64,000 nucleotides of DNA from Schizochytrium sp. TIO01 (GCA_004764695.1 SMSO01000031.1:2952436-3016435), one strand, 5' to 3'; shown: positions 28,975 to 38,996, numbered from the stretch's first letter. The notes: generated by a model not told the origin, from the letters alone. Numbers and translations are program-made.

Positions 28975-29886
28975 CGCTGGTCTCACAAAGGGCGTAAGGT
29001 AGCGCAACAAATGACGAGAATAGAGAGCAATATTTAAATATCTCTGATAAGTTTCATCAAGACTATACCTAACCCCTGGGGAGTCTGTGTAACAAAACGA
29101 AGTATCCTCATCTGCGAGATTTATTTTTGCAGAAAATAAGATTTACAGAGCACCCTGAAAATATCTTGAGCGGATTCCTACCTCATATTACGCATGTAAA
29201 AACATCAATTTTTGTTTATCCTGCTCATGCAATCAGTGCAGTCGTTTAGTTTTTTATTTCTGGAAGACGCATGGTTGAAACGTAGAAGCTCAGACGATCG
29301 CAGATTCTACCATACAGTATTAAATCGTGACATATTCCTACAGTTCACCGCAAGGTCTAAAATATTTCCATCATGAAACAGCCCAATGAGGGTTCTCTAG
29401 AAACGAATCGCTGTTTGTTTGTCAACGGTGAGACTTTCTTGTAAATTTACTTCCACATGTTACCATCGCGTCGCAATGTATGCTAAAAACTAAATATATG
29501 TAAATGAAACATAGAAAATGAAGGGAATGTCATCACATTCTCGGTGATTGAGTTTACACAAAAGACGCACTGGAGATCGTAGAATTTCAATACTCAAGCA
29601 TTTTTATTTTAGTTTTTATACGATTTAACACTTCTGAATTTGCAATTATTATCACCCCAGGTTGGTAAGAATGGAATCGGGTGGCTTAGGTTGAAAATGA
29701 GAAAAGGGTGTGATGGGGCTTACATTGCAGCACCCGTTTCTCTCTGCCACTTGCGTTGCAGTAATCTTGTTGCTGTTAGAATGCCAAAGAAAAACCCCGA
29801 AAACATCGGATCAATCATGGGCCTGCATGTTTCATGCCCAATGGAGAAGAAAACGTTGCACTGCTTTCACTGCTGGATCTCGCGGA

Positions 29887-31386
29887 TCAACGGTCGCCAA
29901 GTAGACTCTCTTCGGATGTTGAAGAAGCGGCTGTGTCGTACTCAGATTGACCTGATCCAGATGACCATGGGCATTGTGATTTCATTGAAGCGCCCGAACG
30001 GCGATCAGGGGTAATTGGCGCAGCTACATAAGTGTCGTCCAGGTTTACGGGAGCTGCTGAACCTTTCTTTGGTGATAATTTAGCCTTCGCTACAACTCGG
30101 GGTTGGCGACTAGAGGATTTTTTTTTACGCAAAGCCGTAGCACCTGTCGGCTCCATTGCACTTTGATCAGCTTTCAAATATGCTGAATGAATAGATTTTC
30201 GCGAGCTTGTAGGAGTTGTTGCCACTACTGGGTCCCAAGTGCCTTGTGGCCGTCTTGACGAGCAAGTTTGACTAGGGCTCCGGACCGATGACCGTCTGGA
30301 TCGGCCCCGCCGAATAGTGATGTTAGTGATAGCTAATTGCGCAGGTCTTTCATCATGATTTGCAGCTGCATGGTTCTCATCAGCACCGTCTTGCAATAAG
30401 GCGAATTCGTCAATAGAATTTTCAGTACTCTTCTGATTGATAAGATTTTGAGAAACCGAGGTCCACAAGTGCGAAAGCATTTTAATACTAGAAATGTCAA
30501 TTTCCAAATCCAATAACTGCTTCAAAAAAGAATCAGGCTTCGCCAATCTTACAGCGCTAGAAAGCACCGCATCTGATTCCAAGAAACAATTCAGAAATCC
30601 AACTTTGTGTTTTCCATCAATGGATGGTTTCACTTTGCTAATAACTAGCTTAACACTTGGGAACATCCTGAGAGTGTCTACCAATGGCTTGCCATCCATT
30701 GTGAGCTGCAAAAACTCTGCAAGATCAAAGAGATCCTTGCCAAGGCAGTCCGGTTCACCTTCTACTGCGAAATGTACAGTGAAAGCTATGTCATGACACA
30801 TGTTATGCTTTCGGAAAGCTACGTCAAGTTCGCGCTGGGCCTTTGCAGTAATCTCCTTTGAAGTACTAATCCTTATCAACTTGGGATACACTTTTACTCC
30901 ACGCGCTAAATAGAGCGTTGCACAACCTCCCTTGATGACATGTAGACGAGATTTGGGACTCTCGAGTTGAAGTCCCCTGATAATATCGCGCGAATCGTGT
31001 TTTAGAAGACTAATAAAGCTTCTGTGCTGAAGATTGAAAATCTTACTTTCTGTGTAGATTTCCAACATTTCGTCACACAGTTCTCTATTTGCACGTTGGT
31101 CTCGCAGTAGCTCTTTCCCATATTCCACACGACTTTCGAGCTGCAGCCTCTGCTGGTCCAATTTTCGTGATAACTCGGCACGGTCCGCTGCATAAGCTCG
31201 AGTCTGGCTTTCGTTTATGAACCGTTGATTCTCCACGTCCTCAGCCAATTCTTGGTTTTTCAATTCCAAGCGTTGAAGTCTTTCATTGCTTTCTTGCTGC
31301 GCTTGAAGCATCACTTGGCATATTTGTGTAAGGTTTAAGAGTTGTTCTTCCGTAGTCATGGCGTGACTTTCAGAGTAAGGGGGCAT
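29887..31386 (-). CDS. Hypothetical protein (~499 aa): N-terminal coiled coil, central globular region, basic S/T-P-rich C-terminal tail
   Basis: 1.5-kb open frame; first ATG at 31386 (MPPYSE...); the ORF track's 31572 start is non-ATG. Heptad-like Q/E/L-rich N-terminus (QQESNERLQRLELKNQELAEDVE); tail with RRGRSRRSSVRSP, RKKKSS, LSPKK. No family recognised. Confidence 0.8.
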   Translation of the reverse strand: MPPYSESHAMTTEEQLLNLTQICQVMLQAQQESNERLQRLELKNQELAEDVENQRFINESQTRAYAADRAELSRKLDQQRLQLESRVEYGKELLRDQRANRELCDEMLEIYTESKIFNLQHRSFISLLKHDSRDIIRGLQLESPKSRLHVIKGGCATLYLARGVKVYPKLIRISTSKEITAKAQRELDVAFRKHNMCHDIAFTVHFAVEGEPDCLGKDLFDLAEFLQLTMDGKPLVDTLRMFPSVKLVISKVKPSIDGKHKVGFLNCFLESDAVLSSAVRLAKPDSFLKQLLDLEIDISSIKMLSHLWTSVSQNLINQKSTENSIDEFALLQDGADENHAAANHDERPAQLAITNITIRRGRSRRSSVRSPSQTCSSRRPQGTWDPVVATTPTSSRKSIHSAYLKADQSAMEPTGATALRKKKSSSRQPRVVAKAKLSPKKGSAAPVNLDDTYVAAPITPDRRSGASMKSQCPWSSGSGQSEYDTAASSTSEESLLGDR

Positions 31387-31634
31387 TGCGTCTCTTTGGC
31401 AGTCACGGTATAGGCGAAATAAAATTATAAATTGGAGATTGCAAACAATCCCTAAAGAATGGCAGAGTCTCTGCTCCTCGTGAGTTGGTGTGCCTGCCCA
31501 AAGATCAGGGTTTGCCTGAACACCGCTCGCCAAAAATAAAAATAGAATTCTTATGCTATAAGGTTTGTGCACTTGAATACAATAATGAGGGGACGCAGAA
31601 CTGTTTTGAATTTGACTCTCCGTCGGTTAGTTGC

Positions 31635-33814
31635 GAAAGTAGTTATACAATCATTAAAAGGAAGATAAGGACATCTTACACGTTTTTTGTTTGATATTTC
31701 TGTTCTTGTTTTCTGAAGAATTGTGCTTAAGCCAAACCAAACTCAATCCCCATCTTCAGGAGCTCGTATGGCTTCAAGGCGTCAATTTAAATTGATGTAA
31801 AACCGACGTAAATGTGTATAGCCAACACTCAATCAAATAGTAGTGAAAGTAGTTATACAATCATTCAAAGGAAGATAAGGACATCTTACACGTTTTTTGT
31901 TTGATATTTCTGTTCTTGTTTTCTGAAGAATTGTGCTTAAGCCAAACCAAACTCAATCCCCATCTTCAGGAGCTCGTAATGCTTCAAGGCGTCAATTTCA
32001 ATTGATGTAAAACCGACGTAAATGTGTAAAACCAACACTCAATCAAATAGTAGTGAAAGTAGTTATACAATCATTCAAAGGAAGATATGGACATCTTACA
32101 CGTTTTTTGTTTGATATTTCTGTTCTTGTTTTCTGAAGAATTGTCTTAAGCCCAACAGAACTCAATCCCCATCTTCAGGAGCTCGAAATGCTTCAAGGCG
32201 TCAATTTAAATTGATGTAAAACCGACGTAAATGTGTATAGCCAACACTCAATCAAATAGTAGTGAAAGTAGTTATACAATCATTCAAAGGAAAGAAAGAG
32301 TATCTTACACCTTTTCCTTAAATAGTTCTTGTTTTCTGAAGAATTGTGCTTAAGCCAAACCAAACTCAATCCCCATCTTCAGGAGCTCGTAATGCTTCAA
32401 GGCGTCAATTTCAATTGATGTAAAACCGACGTAAATGTGTATAGCCAACACTCAATCAAATAGTAGTGAAAGTAGCTATACAATCATTAAAAGGAAGATA
32501 AGGACATCTTACACGTTTTTTGTTTGATATTTCTGTTCTTGTTTTCTGAAGAATTGTCTTAAGCCCAACAGAACTCAATCCCCATCTTCAGGAGCTCGTA
32601 TGGCTTCAAGGCGTCAATTTAAATTGATGTAAAACCGACGTAAATGTGTATAGCCAACACTCAATCAAATAGTAGTGAAAGTAGTTATACAATCATTCAA
32701 AGGAAGATATGGACATCTTACACGTTTTTTGTTTGATATTTCTGTTCTTGATTTCTGAAGAATTGTGCTTAAGCCAAACCAAACTCAATCCCCATCTTCA
32801 GGAGCTCGTATGGCTTCAAGGCGTCAATTTAAATTGATGTAAAACCGACGTAAATGTGTATAGCCAACACTCAATCAAATAGTAGTGAAAGTAGCTATAC
32901 AATCATTCAAAGGAAGATAAGGACATCTTACACGTTTTTTGTTTGATATTTCTGTTCTTGTTTTCTGAAGAATTGTCTTAAGCCCAACAGAAGAACTCAA
33001 TCCCCATCTTCAGGAGCTCGTAATGCTTCAAGGCGTCAATTTAAATTGATGTAAAACCGACGTAAATGTGTATAGCCAACACTCAATCAAATAGTAGTGA
33101 AAGTAGTTATACAATCATTAAAAGGAAAGAAAGAGTATCTTACACCTTTTCCTTAAATAGTTCTTGTTTTCTGAAGAATTGTGCTTAAGCCAAACCAAAC
33201 TCAATCCCCATCTTCAGGAGCTCGTAATGCTTCAAGGCGTCAATTTAAATTGATGTAAAACCGACGTAAATGTGTATCAATCAAATAGTATTAAAGGTAG
33301 TTATACAATCATTAAGAAGATAAGAGTATCTTAGACATATCCTTAAGTAGTACTTGTTTTTCTGAAGAATTTTGCTATGCCTAACAGAACTCAATCCTCA
33401 TCTTTAGGAGTGCATAATGCTTCAAGTCGTCGATTTCAATTGATGTAAAACCGACGTAAATGTGTAAAACCAACACTCAATCAAATAGTAGTGAAAGTAG
33501 TTATACAATCATTAAAAGGAAGGAAAGAGTATCTTACACCTTTTCCTTAAGTAGTACTTGTTTTTCTGAAGAATTTTGCTATGCCTAACAGAACTCAATC
33601 CCCATCTTTAGAAGCGCATAATGCTTCAAAGCATCAAATAAATTAATGTAAAACTGTCGTAAATGTGTATAGCCAACATTCAATCAAATAGTAGTGAAAG
33701 TAGCTATACAATCATTAAAAGGAAGATAAGAGTATCTTAGACCTTTTCCTTAAGTAGTACTTGTTTTTCGGAAGAATTGTGCTTAAGCCAAACAGAACTC
33801 AATCTCGAGCTCGT
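31635..33814. repeat. Tandem array of ~10.5 copies of a 194-212 bp unit (minisatellite/satellite, possibly a structured RNA or protein-binding array)
   Basis: Unit starts (gaaagtag) at 31635, 31845, 32055, 32264, 32468, 32677, 32887, 33099, 33293 (degenerate), 33493, 33696; last copy truncated near 33814. Near-identical blocks such as ttctgaagaatt, actcaatccccatcttcaggagctcg, gatgtaaaaccgacgtaaatgtgta, caatcaaatagtagt. Confidence 0.98.
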
Positions 33815-33908
33815 GGATGCTGTAAAACATAAATCTCTAGGTCATACGCTTGAGACTATTGCGAGAGTGATAACTTCGTTTTGATTCTTGTGCACTAGCG
33901 AAACAAAA

Positions 33909-35825
33909 ATGCCGTGCGATGTAGCTGGCACAACAACCGATCGGTTCAGGATCGACATCAGTGCAGAAACCCCAACCCAAGATGGTTTCGAGTCAACATT
34001 TAATGAATATCTCCAGAAGTTGAACATTCTGTTGGAGACTCTTGTAACCCTATTCAAAGACCCCTCTGCGATCACCCTTAACCCCGATATCTTTGCAGAC
34101 TGTCCTATGAAATCAACTCGCGCATGGAAAGAGTGGAAAGATATGCTTAATCTCCCTTTATCCTTAACTCCTTCCAGCATGGAGGCTTTTCGTGAGGCCT
34201 TTCCGAGTAAGATGATGCACTTGACCCGGCCAGATCGTGTGTCGCCCACTTCAAAGTGGTCTGTGCATCTCAAAAGCTCTAATCCTCTTGTTAAAGAAAG
34301 TTTTGAAAGCGCCCGCGCTTGCCTAACCTTTACTCTACAAGACCTTGCAGAATTACATCAAAAAATTCGATTTAATTGTTCCAGTCTCAACAAGTCCTAC
34401 GATCTGCCACCTTTGCCAACTTCTCTGACACATCGCCTAACCTCATTTGGATTTGTTTTGAAGAACTTTGAGAGAAAAGTCAACGGGCATTTGGCAATAC
34501 TGACGTCCAGCAAAGCTCAATCTGAGAGCATCTCAAATCTCAACGCCGTGGAGCTCACCATAATGACTTTATGCAAAACTTATCCATCTCTTGTGGCAAA
34601 ACACATTGCTAGTTTCATTGCTGCAAACCAAGGTGTTCAAGATTCAGAATATTGTAATCCTCCAGATAAATGCTCCACTGCTGGCTCGGATTTTGACAGC
34701 ACGCCAACCCAAAGCCCTGAGTCGACCAGATCGCGGGACTTTGCAAAATATGCCAATAATCGCGCACCGGATGCAGCTGTTGAGACCGCACCAGTCCAGA
34801 ACACTGAGACAACCTCTCCGACTTCTTTGCGCAAGTCGAAAAGGAATCGAAAAAGGCGCCCGCAAGATGCAGTCTCAAAGGCCACACCCGCCCGAACAAC
34901 CCGCTCGCGGTTCTTGGCAGACGATGCCAGTAAGCGTGCACCGGATGAAGCTGTTGAGACCGCACCAGTCCAGAACACCGAGACAACCTCTGCGACTACT
35001 TTGCGTAGGTCGAAAAGGAATAGAAAAAGTCGCCCGCGAGATGCAGATTCCAAGGTCACACCTGCCCAAAGCCCTGAGTCAACCAACTCGCAGACCCCGG
35101 CGAACCATGCCAAGAAGCGTGCACCGGATGCAGATTCTGCCCCCGTAGTAATCCCGAACATTGCATCAAGCACCTCAGACGCAGAGACTTATTCGTCTGG
35201 TCGTCTGACAATCTATTTGACAGCTCAAAGGGGAACGTGTCTTGGCTGTACTTACTCTGATGGACGGACTTCGCGGCTACGTATTCGGGAAAATGGCAAG
35301 AAGATGGTTTACAGAATAGAAGGAAAACCCAGAAATGTCCGCTGTGTGGATTCTCCTCAGTGCTTGCATTTACCTACATCTACTGATGCTAGTGTATTCC
35401 CACCCCTCTCAGTCAATCAAGATTTCTTTTTGAAACGAGATTCGAACATCTACGTAGAGGACCTCCATGCAGGGAAAACAGAGCATAAGCGAGTCCCATA
35501 TTTCGAACAAGATTTCGTTCTACGAATGTGCATCCTTATAGAACGTCTAAACATATTGCCCAAGATTTTGCAGGAAGTTAAAAGTATCGATAGGGAGCAC
35601 TCAATGGAAAGGTGCCAATTCAAGAGCACTGGTAAATATTACATGATTATGCTCGGGGATCGGGAACTGCTAAGAATACTAAAATCAGACCTTGTAGAAA
35701 CTACTGAAGCAGAACAGCGCATTGTTCAAATGGCATTGGCATTCTTTGTATTGCAAGGTGACAAGGAGATTCTAAGACAAAGAGAGAAAAAAATCAAGAA
35801 GTTCAAGTCTGGTGACGTTCAGTAA
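33909..35825 (+). CDS. Hypothetical protein (~638 aa): helical N-terminal region, internal ~58-61 aa basic repeats, C-terminal Cys-containing globular region
   Basis: 1.9-kb open frame; ATG at 33909 in A-rich context (aaacaaaaATG); duplicated RAPDxAVETAPVQNTETTS..LR(K/R)SKRNRK; C-terminal CLGC...C...C. No family recognised. Confidence 0.85.
   Translation: MPCDVAGTTTDRFRIDISAETPTQDGFESTFNEYLQKLNILLETLVTLFKDPSAITLNPDIFADCPMKSTRAWKEWKDMLNLPLSLTPSSMEAFREAFPSKMMHLTRPDRVSPTSKWSVHLKSSNPLVKESFESARACLTFTLQDLAELHQKIRFNCSSLNKSYDLPPLPTSLTHRLTSFGFVLKNFERKVNGHLAILTSSKAQSESISNLNAVELTIMTLCKTYPSLVAKHIASFIAANQGVQDSEYCNPPDKCSTAGSDFDSTPTQSPESTRSRDFAKYANNRAPDAAVETAPVQNTETTSPTSLRKSKRNRKRRPQDAVSKATPARTTRSRFLADDASKRAPDEAVETAPVQNTETTSATTLRRSKRNRKSRPRDADSKVTPAQSPESTNSQTPANHAKKRAPDADSAPVVIPNIASSTSDAETYSSGRLTIYLTAQRGTCLGCTYSDGRTSRLRIRENGKKMVYRIEGKPRNVRCVDSPQCLHLPTSTDASVFPPLSVNQDFFLKRDSNIYVEDLHAGKTEHKRVPYFEQDFVLRMCILIERLNILPKILQEVKSIDREHSMERCQFKSTGKYYMIMLGDRELLRILKSDLVETTEAEQRIVQMALAFFVLQGDKEILRQREKKIKKFKSGDVQ
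34700..35140 (+). repeat. In-frame intragenic tandem repeat, ~2.5 copies of 174-183 bp
   Basis: cg(c/t)gcaccggatg recurs at 34761, 34935 and 35118; spacings of 174 and 183 bp are multiples of 3. Confidence 0.92.
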
Positions 35826-37193
35826 ATAAAATTAGTACGATCTTATATTTGATGAAGGGGAAATGAGTCTGGAGGGTGAGTGGCTAAATCACAGGTTGAG
35901 AGTTAGGTTGCGACGCAGCTCTAAATCTAGAAAATATGATGTTGCGGTCTACAGAGTAGTTTTCACTTAAACAGCGCAATTGCTAAGAGAGCTTCTGGAC
36001 ACCACTTTTGAAAGAACAACTAAAGAAGTTCATTGTACTTGATCGTGTTCTGGTCTATGATGGGTGCTGCTTTCTTAATATATATGTCAAAGACCTTGAA
36101 AATGTACTTTGGAGAAAAAGATGGCTTTCGAATGAATCACCTGGTGATGAGTTTTAGATATAGATTGTTCATTGTCCAAAATCTGTTTGACTGCAGTTTA
36201 AGTTAACACTGAATCATTCGTGAAACAGTCCGCTTGAGCGTTTTTACTTTGCATGGTATGCTATTTGAGAGCCACTAGATAGGCTTTTATCTTTTTATTT
36301 GATTTATTAATGCACGAATCGCCCATTACGCGTTTTCAAGTTTTTCTGTTGATATCAACTTCCTATCGCTCTCTCTAGTTAGATGTTCCATTAGCTTCAT
36401 AAGTGATTGTTTTGGCTTGAACTTTTACCTAAGCTTTACAATTTTAACTTATTACCTCTGCCCAGTGATAAAGTCATAAATACTACTAGTAGATCTGTAT
36501 GCCCACTTGGGTCCCGTGAGTCCGAAGAAGAGAAAACCTAGCTAGCTACCTACCTACCTAGGTTCCTAAGTCGTGCCTTTTCAGAAGAATGGAATGACCA
36601 ATTAGCCTCTGCATTCAAGTTGAGCGACAAGGATAGATGTAGATAGGACGCACGGCAGCGACATGTAGACAAACTACGTATGTATCACGTACTATTACAA
36701 GTCACTGAGGAATGTTACTTACCAATGCTCCATAGAGTGATGGTAGGCGGGTGCCAAAGTCCTTCCCTAAATAGCGAGCTTTAAACAGAAACATATGGCT
36801 TCAAGTGCAAGATGTCAGAGTTTCCTCAGCACCTGGCTTGAAAATTAAACGGAACTATGATACAGCTAACTCAAGTATCAACCTGGGTTTTAGGGATGAG
36901 AGATAAATTGCATCTTCTGTGATATCTTGCTCAACCAAACATGTGTCATGACTGTTATTTTAGCTTGAGATTTAACCAGCTGTAAAAGTTTTTAACTAAT
37001 TACTGAATGTTGAGAGTGCCACCCAAAATGATGGATCAGGGAAGGTCAAGGTAGGAGTATATATACAGGTACTACTTACTAAGATAATAGGGCGGTGTAT
37101 GTAGGTTTGCGATTGCAAATAAAAAGAGTCCCAGTAAGACAAATCGCAGATACGAAACCAACATAAAAGGATATATATAAGGCGAACGTGTGC

Positions 37194-37619
37194 ATGAGGG
37201 CGTGCCGCCTCTGCGACCTGACGGCGGGCTCCGTTGCTGGGCGGCAGCTACTTTACCAGGATGAGGTTCTCTCAGCATTTGCGTCAAAACACCCAAGATG
37301 CAGAGTTCACCTTCTTGTAGCTCCTCGGCAACACTTGCCGCAATCTAAGATGTTCTCGCTTGCTGAACAGGCAGAAGGTCATGAAATCTTGCACAGCATG
37401 CTCATGGTAGGCAAGGAGCTGCTTGGCAAAAGCGGCGAAGCAAACAATAGCTGGCGCTTCATGTTTCATCGGCCGCCATTCAATAGCGAAGATCATCTTC
37501 ACATGCACTGTATGGCAGGGCCATTCACGAATTACTACCGCCGTCTGGCGCATACAACAGGTACTCCTTGGGGAGTATGCGCTGAAGATCTTTTGCGAAA
37601 GTCTTCTTTTAAAGCTTGA
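37194..37619 (+). CDS. Histidine triad (HIT) nucleotide-binding protein, HINT3-like
   Basis: N-terminal CRLC, HLLVAPRQH and FHRPPFNSEDHLHMHC (HxHxH triad in the FHxPPF context typical of the HINT3 branch); ATG at 37194. Confidence 0.9.
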   Translation: MRACRLCDLTAGSVAGRQLLYQDEVLSAFASKHPRCRVHLLVAPRQHLPQSKMFSLAEQAEGHEILHSMLMVGKELLGKSGEANNSWRFMFHRPPFNSEDHLHMHCMAGPFTNYYRRLAHTTGTPWGVCAEDLLRKSSFKA

Positions 37620-38996
37620 CCTGTGAAGAATATATCCTGTGGTACGGTTGGGTTTCCCCTAACCACTAAATAGTATCATCCTCTGGAACGTAGATCTACA
37701 ATCGCAAGATACTTAATTTGCATCCTGCAGGAATAAAACACATTCATTGGAGGGGGTAACTAAAAGGTTTCGGGCAGATGACCCAGATAGAAGGACGATT
37801 TCGGTTGGTTGCACATTCAATACTAGAAATGCCTTCAGGAATGACAACCCAACACACGAGGCGTTTGAAAGGCCAAGCTTAATTAAGCTTGGTCGTGATC
37901 AAACATACCACTTCGATTCGTCGGAGTAAATTACGAGGTGTACCGTTAAATTATTATAATCTTTATTTACTTTTATAAATGCTTTGTCAGTCTGTAAACA
38001 ACTTAAATAACATACTACAGCACTTGTTAAATTTCAGGTAGTCTTTAGCGCGAAGGGTAAAGCATCAAGGGGAAAAGTCAAGAATGGTGCTTTTTTATTT
38101 GTTAAACATGGAGAGCTTACGTGTGGCTTCCTCGGAATTCTTCAGCGTTGAGTTTTCATGCGGCTCTCTATAGCCTCTTGTTTCGGCTAGCTATATCCTA
38201 TCCCGTTTTAATGTATATAGTCGCCACAAAAAATTAAGGTCAGATATACAACAAAGGTAACTCTATCTCACTCCTTTATAATGTTATGCTGAACAGAAAA
38301 TAAGATGAATCTGTGTAAGAAAAAAGAGGATGCTTTGGATTCTTCTTTGTACTTGACAGACCTCAAATTTGCAGAATATGTATAGTTGCTGCTGCTGCCG
38401 CAGCCACTCAAGGGTAGCTCAAATGGAGATTTAAATTTGACATCATACAAGGCATATTCAACGTTTAAAGAATGTTTGATTTTTCACGTAATGTTTGAGT
38501 TGATGGCTAGTAAGTCAGGTCTCTGCGTGCGTTAAAATATATCATAGAAACTCATAATTCATTAGAAAGAAGTAAAAGAGCTTCGATGAATGCTGTCATA
38601 GTTCGCAGAAAGCAAAAATAAACAACCTGCAGATGTTCATTAAAAAAGCGATTTGCATACAGAGTAAAAAAAGGATTAAAATTTAGATTTAGTGTACTAG
38701 GTTGGGCTTGAGATGTATCATTACAAGTTGCTGGATATGGATCCTGAGCTTGTGATGTAAATGACCGATAGACGTGGTTTTGATAAAGTACGATAAACAT
38801 ATCGTCGCAGAGTTTGAACATCATAAGTCTGATTTTCTCAGTCTTCCAACTAGAAGGACATAGCTAGCTGGAAAATACAGAAGTACCCACGGAAAAATGA
38901 CGGCATCGCGTAGCAAGCAAAACGTAAACAATTTAAAGGCAGGGAAACAGACACTTGCAGGAAAGCCCTTGCATTATTTCGACGTCTGTGTCAAAG

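Noticed and set aside
31387-31572. Signal-peptide-like N-terminal extension of the left orphan in the ORF track
   Set aside because: Depends on a non-ATG start; the first ATG is at 31386
31710-31759. Hammerhead ribozyme on the minus strand of each unit (CUGAAGA - weak stem - GAAA), as in retrozyme-type satellites
   Set aside because: I could not find stems I and III with an NUH site, and units 9-10 change the core to CUAAAGA. An Infernal search or in vitro cleavage assay would settle it.
31635-33814. CRISPR array
   Set aside because: Units are ~200 bp near-identical repeats with no unique spacers; no cas-like gene; eukaryotic context
28941-36563. Terminal inverted repeats or target-site duplication delimiting the gene-pair/array island
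   Set aside because: Only CTAG-type simple repeats lie at the apparent edges, and these are common across the window; no specific ends found
38552-38824. LCDDMFIV resembling the copia RT YVDD motif downstream of the Gag-like gene
   Set aside because: Too close to gag to leave room for protease and integrase; no other RT motifs; likely chance
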